64,000 nt of DNA from Smithellaceae bacterium (GTDB taxonomy: Bacteria > Desulfobacterota > Syntrophia > Syntrophales > Smithellaceae): contig CAXXVL010000001.1 in NCBI GenBank assembly GCA_963667845.2, positions 256,001 to 320,000 of the forward strand, read 5' to 3'. Below the pieces are notes generated by a model. It saw nothing but the letters and a program-made list of their open reading frames with translations, ran no database searches and was not told the origin of the DNA. A program made the translations under genes and the position numbers. This document shows, piece by piece, positions 46,507 through 55,917 of this stretch (positions are counted from its first letter, which is position 1; every line of letters starts with the position of its first letter).

Positions 46507-48063
46507 ATGTCGGAAGAAAAAAAGCAGTCGTTAACCAGAAGGAATTTTTTGAAAACAGCAGGAGGTGCGGCGGCAGTCGCCGGACTGGCCACAACCGGTC
46601 TGGCGGCAACCCCCTGGAAAGCGGACGCGGCCGCGATCCCCAAGAAATGGGATGAAACCTATGACGTTGTCATTGTGGGCAGCGGCTTCGCGGGACTTGC
46701 CGCCGCTTATGAGGCCAAGAAAGCGGGGGCATCCGTGGTCATTCTCGAGAAAATGCGTACACCGGGCGGCAATTCCATTATCAATGGCGGCGTCGTCTCT
46801 GCAGCCGGTTCGCCCAAGGAAAAGGAACAGGGCATTGAGGATTCTCCGGAGCTGCTTCTCAAAGACATGCTGACGGCCGGGTTGCACTTAAACCATGTTG
46901 AGTTGGCCAAGCTGGTTGCGGACAACTCCAATGCAACGGTTCAGTGGACGATCACGGAGCTCGGCGTTCAGTATAAGGATAAACTGTCGCAGGAAGGCGG
47001 TCACTCCGTACCCCGGATGTACAGCACTTACAACCAGAGCGGTTCGGCCATTGTCGTCCAGCAGCTGGCAAAGCTCAAAGAGCTGGGTGTTGCGCCCAGA
47101 ACGCAGAGCTATCTCACGCAGATTTATCGCGATGCGGACGGCCGGGTCAAAGGAATTCAAATTCGTGATAAATACGTATTCCCCAACGCAGACAGCGGCA
47201 AATTAAAGAACATCAAAGCCAGAAAAGCCGTGGTCCTGGCTACGGGTGGTTTCGGAAACGATGTTGCCTTCAGAACCATTCAGGATCCCCGCCTGACGGC
47301 CGAATTTCCCAGCACGAATCAGCCCGGCGCCACCGCGGAAAGCCTGCGCGAAGCCCTGCGCATCGGCTGCACGCCGCTGCAGCTATCGTGGATTCAGCTT
47401 GGCCCCTGGGGAAGCCCGGATGAAAAAGGCATGGGACTGTCGCCTTTCTTTGCCCAGCTTTGCGCCGCCATGTACGGCCTCTGGATTGACACGAAGACCG
47501 GCAGACGATTTGTTAACGAACTGGCCGACCGGAAGATCCGCGCCGATGCGATCATTCGCGTGGGCAACAAATGCATTGCCTTTACAGATGCCTATGGCTA
47601 CTCCCTGGGCCAGAAGTTAATCGCCGAGTCCATGCCCAAGCTGATGGAAAGAGGCGTGGTGAAAAAATACGAAACACTTGAGGAGATGGCGGCGGCTTAT
47701 AATTGCCCGGTTGGCCCCCTCAAGGAGGAGATTGAAAAATTCAATGCGGGCGTCGTGGCTGGCAAGGATGCGGAATGGGGCAGATATTTACAGAAAAATC
47801 AAAAGCCTCTCGGCCCCGGCCCTTACTACGCCTTACGTCTGACGCCCAAGATCCATCACTGCATGGGCGGCATAAACATGAACGTCAAGGCTCAGGCAAC
47901 GGATGTCCTGACGGACAAACCCATCCCCGGGTTATACGCAGCCGGCGAACTCACAGGCGGTGTGCACGGCGCCGTTCGGCTGGGAAGCTGTGCCACGCTG
48001 GATTGTCTGATCTTCGGCCGGATCGCCGGTCAGAACGCGGCGGCGGAAAAAAGCTGGGCGTAA
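46507..48063 (+). CDS. Tat-exported flavocytochrome c flavoprotein subunit (fumarate/urocanate reductase superfamily)
   Basis: TRRNFLK Tat motif, VGSGFAG, GGHSVPR, HHCMGG, GVHGAVRLGS. Confidence 0.9.
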   Translation: MSEEKKQSLTRRNFLKTAGGAAAVAGLATTGLAATPWKADAAAIPKKWDETYDVVIVGSGFAGLAAAYEAKKAGASVVILEKMRTPGGNSIINGGVVSAAGSPKEKEQGIEDSPELLLKDMLTAGLHLNHVELAKLVADNSNATVQWTITELGVQYKDKLSQEGGHSVPRMYSTYNQSGSAIVVQQLAKLKELGVAPRTQSYLTQIYRDADGRVKGIQIRDKYVFPNADSGKLKNIKARKAVVLATGGFGNDVAFRTIQDPRLTAEFPSTNQPGATAESLREALRIGCTPLQLSWIQLGPWGSPDEKGMGLSPFFAQLCAAMYGLWIDTKTGRRFVNELADRKIRADAIIRVGNKCIAFTDAYGYSLGQKLIAESMPKLMERGVVKKYETLEEMAAAYNCPVGPLKEEIEKFNAGVVAGKDAEWGRYLQKNQKPLGPGPYYALRLTPKIHHCMGGINMNVKAQATDVLTDKPIPGLYAAGELTGGVHGAVRLGSCATLDCLIFGRIAGQNAAAEKSWA

Positions 48064-48080
48064 TCTGAATCCCTGAAATG

Positions 48081-48120
48081 AAAAGAGCTCTTTCCCGACC
48101 CGGGGAAGAGCTCTTTCTTT
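48081..48120 (+). terminator. Rho-independent terminator
   Basis: AAAGAGCTCTT / AAGAGCTCTTT stem followed by CTTT. Confidence 0.7.
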
Positions 48121-48255
48121 ACCTTCGAAAAGCTGCTATCAGGGCAAGTGACCTCATGTACCTTAAATAGAAGCGGTCCAATTTATTTCACAGTACAGGC
48201 AACTTACTGATGACGGCATCATCTGTAGGTTGAGTGCATAAAGCGACGACGATAA

Positions 48256-49227
48256 ATGATGTCTTCTTTTGAACCAGAAGTATGGGCAAATGAGTTGGCC
48301 GGACGGGGAAACGAAGCCGAGCTATTAGACTTGTTCCGCATGTCTTTCGGGCAGGAGATGCCGCCCGAACTCTGGCGTTGGAAATACCATGGTCTTGATA
48401 TACTGGGCACATTGGTGCGGTATAAGGATCGGCCTGTGGCTTTCTACGGGGGGATGCCGCGAGCGATTCACCTGTTTGGCTCACCGGCAACGGCTGTACA
48501 GATCGGCGATGTGATGGTTCATCCGGAGCAGCGCGATATCGCAACACGCAAGGGGCCCTTCCTCCAGGCGGCGTCATATTTTCTTGAACGTTTTGTTGGG
48601 CAGGACAAGACTTTTCCAATCGCTTTCGGCTTTCCATCGAAAAGAGTGTACCGTCTCGGTGCACTTCTGGGTCTTTACGAACGCGTCGGGGAGATCATGC
48701 GTGTTTCCTGGCCTGCTTTGCAAGCGCGTCCGAGTTACAAAGTTTGCCTGCGCCCCCTGAGTTGGGACAAGAGCGAAGCTGTTGACCGGTTGTGGCGGGA
48801 AATGGCCGAGACCTTGCGGGATCAAATCATCGGTGTGCGCGATTGGCCCTATGTGCAACAACGCTATCTGAACCATCCCACTATAAGTTATCACGCGTTT
48901 TTAGTATCTTCCCGTTGGACAGGATGCCCCATCGGCGTCTTCGTTATTCGACTGTTGGAAGACAGCGTGGAACTTATAGACATCATCGCACCTCTCCAAC
49001 GCATTGCCACCGTGGTTCACTGCCTGCGGAGGCTGACCTGGCGTCTAAATAAACCCCTGGTATATGCCTGGATTACAGCACAAAACGCCACGCTATTGGC
49101 CGGTGATACTGGTGATATCACCGCGACGGACATCATCATTCCCCACAACAAGTGGACAGCGGGCATTCCCGGGAGTGCGTTGCTTAACCGCTGGTGGCTG
49201 ATGGGGGGAGATACAGATTTTCGCTAA
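48256..49227 (+). CDS. GNAT-family acetyltransferase
   Basis: WRWKY, QIGDVMVHPEQR, FGFPS, C-terminal GDTDFR. Confidence 0.75.
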   Translation: MMSSFEPEVWANELAGRGNEAELLDLFRMSFGQEMPPELWRWKYHGLDILGTLVRYKDRPVAFYGGMPRAIHLFGSPATAVQIGDVMVHPEQRDIATRKGPFLQAASYFLERFVGQDKTFPIAFGFPSKRVYRLGALLGLYERVGEIMRVSWPALQARPSYKVCLRPLSWDKSEAVDRLWREMAETLRDQIIGVRDWPYVQQRYLNHPTISYHAFLVSSRWTGCPIGVFVIRLLEDSVELIDIIAPLQRIATVVHCLRRLTWRLNKPLVYAWITAQNATLLAGDTGDITATDIIIPHNKWTAGIPGSALLNRWWLMGGDTDFR

Positions 49228-49264
49228 GCCTCTGTTTCAAAAAAAATCTGTAAACAGGATATCC

Positions 49265-50941
49265 ATGGAAAATAAAATAATTCCCTATCAAGCGACCCGA
49301 TGTATTCATGCAAACTCCGTACTGGTTTTTGCTCCCCATCCCGACGACGAGGTCTTTGGTTGTGGTGGAGGCATTATGCGTCACGTCCTGGCGGACATAC
49401 CGGTTCACGTGGTGATCATAAGCGATGGCGCTTATGATCCCGGAGATATGGAACGCAAAGAGATGGTTGAGATCCGCGAGGCGGAAAGCCGCAAGGCTGC
49501 CGATGTTCTTGGTTACGGCGAACCGGAATTTTGGCGCCTGCCCGATCGGAACGTGATTTATGGTGAGGCTTTAATCAGGCGGATTGCGGATGAAATTCAA
49601 AACACCGCCGCAAACCTGGTGTATGCGCCATCGCAGATGGAAATGCATCCTGACCATCGCGCTGTCGCCATGTGTGTCGTCGAAGCCGTCAGGCGGGCGC
49701 CATCCAAGCCTCTTCTGGCGCTTTATGAAGTGGGTACACCCTTGCGCCCCAACTTGCTTCTCGATATCAGCGACCTTTCCGTGCGCAAGATGACGGCGAT
49801 GGAATGCTTTGCCTCACAGAACAAAAAGCAGCGCTACGATTTGGATATAGCCGCACTCAATCGCTACCGCACCTATACGTTGCCGGCAGAAGTGACATCG
49901 GCGGAAGCCTACAGCCTGGTTTCTGCCATAGAGCTGGCAAGTGATCCGTTTAAGCTCTATCAATCGGAATATAATTTCCAAAGGGACTTGAGACTTGCTA
50001 CGGATACCATGGATGTGCCGCTGGTTTCGGTGATCATCCGCAGTACAGATAGACCTACGTTATTAGAATCGCTGGATTCCATTGCCCTTCAGACCTACCC
50101 CAATATTGAAGTGGTTGTCGTGAATGCCAAAGGTGGAGGGCATTCCAAACAGGGTGAACGGTGCGGACATTTTCCGGTACGGGTCGTCGATACGGGAGAA
50201 ATGTTGCGGCGAAGTCGCGCCGGTAATGTCGGATTGTGCAACGCCAAAGGAGACTTTATCATCTTTCTCGACGACGACGATTGGTTCATGCCGGATCATA
50301 TATCCACGCTCATGGATGCTTTAAGGAGCAATCCCGACAAAACGGTTGCCTATAGCTGTGCAACCTGTGTCAATGAACAAAACGAACCCACTGGCGGCCA
50401 CTTTTGCCAGCCATTTGATCGGACGTTGTTATTGGCGGGAAATTATATCCCCATCCATGCCGCCTTGTTTTCCCGAACAATCGTAGATGGTGGTTGCCGC
50501 ATGGATGAATCACTGGATTTGTATGAGGACTGGGATTTTTGGTTACAGGCTGCAACTTACGGCGATTTCATTTTTGTGGATCATGTCAGCGCTTATGTTC
50601 GAATGGGGGGCCAGTTCGGTCAAAGCTGTACGGCTGATGCCATAAGTGCACAGAAAATAACCACATATCTATTTGAAAAATGGCGTAAGGAATGGCGACG
50701 TGAAGATCTTTTGAAGATCATGGCCTCTGTGCAGGGGTATAGAGCAAAAGTGAATGAGCTGACGACCGAGCGCGATGCTGTGGCGGTTGACTGCGGTAAA
50801 CAGATCGCCGGTCTCAATCAGGCATTATTGGAAAGGGAAAGCGTTATCCAGCGCATTCTATTGTCAAAATCATGGCGCTTAACGCAACCATTGCGCGCAT
50901 TAAAGACATTTTTTTTAACGCGGGTGTCACAAAATAAGTAA
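49265..50941 (+). CDS. PIG-L family deacetylase fused to GT2 glycosyltransferase
   Basis: APHPDDE and HPDH; PLVSVII, FLDDDD, EDWDFW; C-terminal SKSWRLTQPLR. Confidence 0.88.
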   Translation: MENKIIPYQATRCIHANSVLVFAPHPDDEVFGCGGGIMRHVLADIPVHVVIISDGAYDPGDMERKEMVEIREAESRKAADVLGYGEPEFWRLPDRNVIYGEALIRRIADEIQNTAANLVYAPSQMEMHPDHRAVAMCVVEAVRRAPSKPLLALYEVGTPLRPNLLLDISDLSVRKMTAMECFASQNKKQRYDLDIAALNRYRTYTLPAEVTSAEAYSLVSAIELASDPFKLYQSEYNFQRDLRLATDTMDVPLVSVIIRSTDRPTLLESLDSIALQTYPNIEVVVVNAKGGGHSKQGERCGHFPVRVVDTGEMLRRSRAGNVGLCNAKGDFIIFLDDDDWFMPDHISTLMDALRSNPDKTVAYSCATCVNEQNEPTGGHFCQPFDRTLLLAGNYIPIHAALFSRTIVDGGCRMDESLDLYEDWDFWLQAATYGDFIFVDHVSAYVRMGGQFGQSCTADAISAQKITTYLFEKWRKEWRREDLLKIMASVQGYRAKVNELTTERDAVAVDCGKQIAGLNQALLERESVIQRILLSKSWRLTQPLRALKTFFLTRVSQNK

Positions 50942-51173
50942 CAGTTTAGTCACTTTATTTAATAATGGGGACTGTTGTGAACCTACCCCAATCTTTTACT
51001 GGCGGGGGTGGTGCAACGCGCCGGGGATGCAACTGCGATTTGTTAAAAATTGATTGATGTGTTCTGTTAGAAATGGACAGTAACTTAGAATTCCGGGGGT
51101 GTCCCTTGGGCAATGCTAGGCGGTTCGTAATGCTCACGTGAGCCAGGAAGAGACTTGCCACCTGCTTTCCCGA

Positions 51174-51893
51174 TCAGGACAAGCGAATCTTACCCGAATT
51201 CCCGCTCTTGACGGCTTCGTACACTTTCTTCTCAGCAAACTTCAGGATATTGCCCATCGCTTTGCGCGAGGCAACGTCGTCTTTGCGCTTCAAGGCTTTC
51301 ATAAGCTTCAGATTCAGCTCCAGCGATGCCTCCGGTGTGCCTTCCATGGAATAAAATAATTCGGCAAAAAATGAATATACCGGCTTGAAGGATTGAAAGA
51401 CCAGTCTGCTGATGATGTCTCCCGAGATGGTGATGACGGCTCTGTGAAAATCGTAATCGCATTCTGCCAGCACCGCCGCGTCCTTCAAGTGGCGCTTCTT
51501 TCTTTCGAGGCTCGACTCCAGGTATCCGATATCGCTTTCCTGAATGTGGAGCGCGGCACGGCCTGCGGCTTCCGTCTCGGTTACAAACCGGAACCTCAAA
51601 AGCGATTCGATGGTCGGCCGGTCAATCGTTCTTTTAACGCGGAGGACCTGGACCAGCGTCTCCACGGAGCCTTCCCGGTTAAAGTCCCTGACGTAGGTTC
51701 CGCTCTGGGGGTGCGTCACAACAAATCCGCTCTGGGCGAGCATCGCGATGGCTTCCCGGATCGCGAAGCGGCTGGCCTTGTATTTCTGCACAAGCTCTCT
51801 TTCGGGCGGCAGCTTGCTTGCGATAGGGTAAGCTCCCTTGATGATATCGTTGAGCATATCGCTGTATATTCTACCGGGCAGCCCTCTGTTCAT
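51174..51893 (-). CDS. GntR/FadR-family transcriptional regulator
   Basis: KLPPERELV..ASRFAIREAI..SGTYV HTH and FCD-like DYDFH. Confidence 0.9.
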   Translation of the reverse strand: MNRGLPGRIYSDMLNDIIKGAYPIASKLPPERELVQKYKASRFAIREAIAMLAQSGFVVTHPQSGTYVRDFNREGSVETLVQVLRVKRTIDRPTIESLLRFRFVTETEAAGRAALHIQESDIGYLESSLERKKRHLKDAAVLAECDYDFHRAVITISGDIISRLVFQSFKPVYSFFAELFYSMEGTPEASLELNLKLMKALKRKDDVASRKAMGNILKFAEKKVYEAVKSGNSGKIRLS

Positions 51894-51982
51894 TGCGCTT
51901 TAACCTCCATGATTCAACCGGTCCGTACGCCATCGGTGCATTAAAAAATCCGGACGCGCGTTTGCCGTTTCAATAAAACCCC

Positions 51983-52024
51983 TTGACAATTGGTTATACC
52001 AATAATAAAACTGGTATGACCAAT
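51983..52024 (+). promoter_or_regulatory. sigma70 promoter overlapped by two FadR-subfamily operators
   Basis: TTGACA-N17-TAAAAC. ATTGGTTATACCAAT (51989-52003) and ACTGGTATGACCAAT (52010-52024) fit TGGT-N3-ACCA. Confidence 0.8.
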
Positions 52025-52241
52025 TATACGTGCCGGCGAGGAATTGCAATGAAAATTTCACTTGATCGATCCGGATCACACGTATCGGTCCGTCGCCGCG
52101 TCGATCAGGGTCAGGGGAGAACCGGAGGGGCTTTTTAATAGACTGATTCTTGAGGCTCCGGCAAGGATCTTCGTGCCCGGACCTTCAGGACGGTTCGCGG
52201 TTTATGGCGCGCCGCGCAATACAAATGCCGGATAACTTCTG

Positions 52242-52342
52242 ATTAACCATATCGCAGCAAGCTCGCGAGGCATGAAATGAACTTCATTATATCGCACTAA
52301 TCTACGGAGAATTAACGCTCGTCGGGCGTGAGCGGGATTTAA
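52242..52342 (+). repeat. 101-bp three-hairpin dispersed element, copy 5
   Basis: Colinear with 721-821, ends 4 nt before the RBS of the next gene. Confidence 0.9.
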
Positions 52343-52357
52343 GAATGGAGGAAGAGG

Positions 52358-53860
52358 ATGAGTGACTATGATGTGATTGTGATTGGCGCGGGGATCGGCG
52401 GCTTGTGCGCGGGGGCATTGCTTTCGCATCAGGGCCGAAAGGTTCTGGTCCTGGAACAGGCCGAGCGCGTCGGCGGATGCTGTTCAACCTATGAGCACAA
52501 CGGTTATAAAATCGACATCGGGGCATCCATTATCGAATTTCCCCAGGTCATCAACTGGGCCTTCAAGCGGATGGGCACGACATTCCAAAAAGAGGTCGAC
52601 CTTATCGCGGTCGATCCGACATTTACCGCCCGGCTGCATGACGGAACGGAAATCACCTTTCCCATTGACCTCGCGAAGACAAAAGAAGAAATAAGAAAGC
52701 TCGCGCCGGAAGATGTAAAGGGCTGGGAGAACTATTCCAAAGAGATGGAGGGATTTCTCAAAGCCGCCCTGGATGGGTTCTTCGTTACCCCGGCCCGGTC
52801 GCTGACGGATGTGTGCAAGCTCTTTGCCAAGACCCCTGCTCTCCTGAAATACGGGTCGCTCTTTTTCGGCAGTTATGAAGGAGTGCTGCGAAAACATCTG
52901 AAGAATGAAAAACTGCTGGAGGCCCTGTCCTTTCACAGCTTCTATTGCGGCCTGCCGCCGGCCCTTTTGCCCGGCCATTATTCGATGATTCCCTATGCGG
53001 AGCATGGCGGCATCTATTATGCCCGGGGCGGGATGATCGGCATCCCCCTGGGCTTTCAAAAATGCGGCGAACGCAAGGGCATGCAAGTCCGGCTAAAGGC
53101 AGACGTGCAAAAGGTCATTGTGGAAAACAAAACCGCCAAAGGCGTGCAGCTTGCCGATGGCACGGTCATCACCGCTAAAATCATCATCTCCGACATCAAT
53201 TCCAAAAAGCTCTACATGGACATGATCGACCAGAAGAATCTTTCATGGCTGGCAAAGACAGGGTATAAAAGTTACCGGTATTCCATGGCCACCCCGATGA
53301 TCTATTTATGCCTCGATTACAAGCCGCCGCTCAAAGACCACCACACCCTGATGACCGTGCCCATGCAGCAGATGAACGACTACTGGTTCAATCATTACGA
53401 GAAAGGTCAATTCCCCGCGGAGCAATTCGGAATCCTGAGCTGGACGACCCGGTCCGATCCGTCGCTTGCGCCCAAAGGCCACCACATTATCGCCGTCACC
53501 CTTGCCCCCGGGCCTTACCGGCTCGCAGGCACAACATGGGACAAAGAAAAAGAAACCATCAAGCAAAGCGTCATCAAGTATCTGGAGAGTAAGTATCTTC
53601 CCGGGCTGCGGGAGCACATTGTCTATGAGGACTTCTCCACACCGGTGGATTTTGAAAGACGGCTGAAATCGCCGGAAGGCGCCATCTACGCCATTCGCCA
53701 GGATCTTACCAATGCTATGATGTTCCGGCCGTCGGCCAAATCCAAGCAGATTAAAGGACTTTATCTTGTCGGTGCGTCCACTCATCCCGGCGGCGGAGTT
53801 CCCACCGTGACCGCCTCGGCCATGATCGCGGCTGACCTGATCAGTAAGTACGAACAGTAG
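52358..53860 (+). CDS. Phytoene desaturase (CrtI)-like FAD-dependent oxidoreductase
   Basis: VIGAGIGG, ERVGGC, GGM, STPVDFE, LYLVGASTHPGGGVP. Confidence 0.85.
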   Translation: MSDYDVIVIGAGIGGLCAGALLSHQGRKVLVLEQAERVGGCCSTYEHNGYKIDIGASIIEFPQVINWAFKRMGTTFQKEVDLIAVDPTFTARLHDGTEITFPIDLAKTKEEIRKLAPEDVKGWENYSKEMEGFLKAALDGFFVTPARSLTDVCKLFAKTPALLKYGSLFFGSYEGVLRKHLKNEKLLEALSFHSFYCGLPPALLPGHYSMIPYAEHGGIYYARGGMIGIPLGFQKCGERKGMQVRLKADVQKVIVENKTAKGVQLADGTVITAKIIISDINSKKLYMDMIDQKNLSWLAKTGYKSYRYSMATPMIYLCLDYKPPLKDHHTLMTVPMQQMNDYWFNHYEKGQFPAEQFGILSWTTRSDPSLAPKGHHIIAVTLAPGPYRLAGTTWDKEKETIKQSVIKYLESKYLPGLREHIVYEDFSTPVDFERRLKSPEGAIYAIRQDLTNAMMFRPSAKSKQIKGLYLVGASTHPGGGVPTVTASAMIAADLISKYEQ

Positions 53861-53873
53861 AGGAGAATAACCC

Positions 53874-54014
53874 ATGAAAATAATCATCATCATCATCGCG
53901 GTAATTTTATTGTGCCTGTTCCTGCTGTATGCCACTTTTTCAAAATCAAGAAAGCAATTCATTAAAAACCTGCTTTCTCAGGCAAAATATCTGATTCCCC
54001 GTTACTTCACATAA
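53874..54014 (+). CDS. 46-aa single-TM small protein (below ORF-track cutoff)
   Basis: AGGAGA RBS right after the upstream stop; MKIIIIIIAVILLCLFLLYATFSKSRKQFIKNLLSQAKYLIPRYFT. Confidence 0.55.
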   Translation: MKIIIIIIAVILLCLFLLYATFSKSRKQFIKNLLSQAKYLIPRYFT

Positions 54015-54231
54015 AGAAGGACTCTGTGACAAAGGGACACGTGGCCCATTGGGCACGCCCTTAAGAAATTAAGTATCTCTATACGGTCAGCTATTCAATC
54101 GCTTGCCGAGAAAAGATTGAGAAAGAACGAAGATAACAAAATACTTAACGGCATCCCCTTTGCCGCCGCGGCTTGACAAGCAGGCTTCTTCCATAAGATT
54201 GTTGGTACAAACTTTCTGCTCGAGGTGCATC

Positions 54232-55863
54232 ATGAATCGAAAATCGTCAACAGCAAGACCCTTTACAAGCATCCTTCTACTGATTCTCTTGATCTTCAGC
54301 ATCGGTGGATGCACGACGAAAAATCCGCCGTCAGCCAAAACCGACTACGACGTCATCGTCATCGGCGCGGGCATGGGCGGGCTTTCCGCTGCGGCGCATC
54401 TGGCCGTCAACGGGCAAAAAGTGCTGATCCTTGAAAAACACAGCCGCGTGGGCGGCAGCACATCCAACTTCACCCGCGGCGAATTCACATTTGATACGGC
54501 ACTCCACGAAATGGCGGGTGGCGGCCCCGGCAAGCTGGACCGCGGCCTGTATCGGCTTCTCAAGCTGACCGGCGTGGACAAAAAAATCGAGCTCTACGAA
54601 GTCCCGCATTTTTACCGGTCCGTCTTCCCCGGTGTCGACATCACCCTGCCTCCAAACTGGACAGGATTTGAAAACGCCCTCAAGAAAAAATGGCCGGAAG
54701 AAGCCGACGGTATCGATAAATTTCATGCCCTCTGCAGGGATCTTTCCGGGGATATGCTGGAGCTTCGGGATCTCTTCCGCTACGGCAGTGTGCGCGGCAC
54801 TCTCACGCAAGTAATGGTACCGCTCCGCCAGCCCACCTTCTTTAAATGGAAGGACCGCACCGTGCAGGACCTCATGGACTATTGCTTTAAAAACGAGGAT
54901 CTCAAGGCGGTGGTTTCCCAGCTCTGGGTTTATTACGGCGCTCCGGTGGAAAAGGAATCGGCGCTGATTTTTATGGCGGCAACGGAAAGCTACTTAAGCG
55001 ACGGGGCGTGGCATATCAAAGGCACATCGCTGGCGCTGGCCGAAGGTTACGCCGCACGCATCCGCGAACTCGGCGGAACGGTTAAAACCGGCACACTGGT
55101 GACAAAAATCCTTCTGGAAAACGGCAAGGCGACCGGCATCCGGACGGCGGACGGCAAAACATATACCGCCCGTTACATCGTCGCCAACACGGACCCTTAC
55201 CAACTGGCCTACAAGCTGATCGGAAAAGAGAACCTGCCCGCCAAATATATTGATAAGCTGGAATCGATGAAGCCGGCTAATTCGCTGTTCGGGGTCTATC
55301 TGGGCCTCAATATCGATCTCAAAGCGCTCGGTTATCAGGACACGGAGATTATCTACAACACCTATCGCGACAGCACAAAGAATTACGACGCCATGATGAA
55401 GGGCGACTACTTAAACAGCTCCGTGACCGTCACCATTTACTCCAATTTGGCCGACCCGATCTACGCGCCTCCGGGCAAGTCGGTGGTCAAGCTGGACGCC
55501 TATTCCGACATTGCGGTTTGGCCTAAAGATCGGGCGGATTACACGAGATTGAAGGCGCAAAAGGTCGACGAGCTTATCACGCTGGCCGCCAGGGTGATCC
55601 CTGAGCTTCACGACCCGAAGAATATCATTGTGAAAGAAGGCTATACGCCCAGGACGATTGAAAGATACACGCTGAATAAAGGCGGTGTGGTCTATGGCTT
55701 CGAGATGACGCCTGAGCAATGGCAGAAAATCCCCAACGTGACCCCTTTCGACAACGTCTTTATCACCAGCAACTGGACGCAGGCCTGGCACGGCGTGTGC
55801 TCCGCCCAAATCAACGGCTGGCGCGCAGCCCGGCTGATCCTCGATCGGGAAAGGATTGAGTAG
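54232..55863 (+). CDS. CrtI-like FAD-dependent oxidoreductase with lipoprotein signal peptide
   Basis: MNRK..ILLLILLIFSIGG/C, then YDVIVIGAGMGG and YTPRTIERYT..GVVYG. GAGGT RBS before ATG 54232. Confidence 0.82.
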   Translation: MNRKSSTARPFTSILLLILLIFSIGGCTTKNPPSAKTDYDVIVIGAGMGGLSAAAHLAVNGQKVLILEKHSRVGGSTSNFTRGEFTFDTALHEMAGGGPGKLDRGLYRLLKLTGVDKKIELYEVPHFYRSVFPGVDITLPPNWTGFENALKKKWPEEADGIDKFHALCRDLSGDMLELRDLFRYGSVRGTLTQVMVPLRQPTFFKWKDRTVQDLMDYCFKNEDLKAVVSQLWVYYGAPVEKESALIFMAATESYLSDGAWHIKGTSLALAEGYAARIRELGGTVKTGTLVTKILLENGKATGIRTADGKTYTARYIVANTDPYQLAYKLIGKENLPAKYIDKLESMKPANSLFGVYLGLNIDLKALGYQDTEIIYNTYRDSTKNYDAMMKGDYLNSSVTVTIYSNLADPIYAPPGKSVVKLDAYSDIAVWPKDRADYTRLKAQKVDELITLAARVIPELHDPKNIIVKEGYTPRTIERYTLNKGGVVYGFEMTPEQWQKIPNVTPFDNVFITSNWTQAWHGVCSAQINGWRAARLILDRERIE

Positions 55864-55917
55864 CCGGACACGAATTTTGAAAGCAGTAAGAAAGTTTATT
55901 ATAAAAGGAGGAAACCC

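Noticed and set aside
52358..55863. Carotenoid biosynthesis cluster
   Set aside because: No phytoene synthase, GGPP synthase or cyclase nearby, and the context is a catabolic-type regulator with an enolase-superfamily gene.
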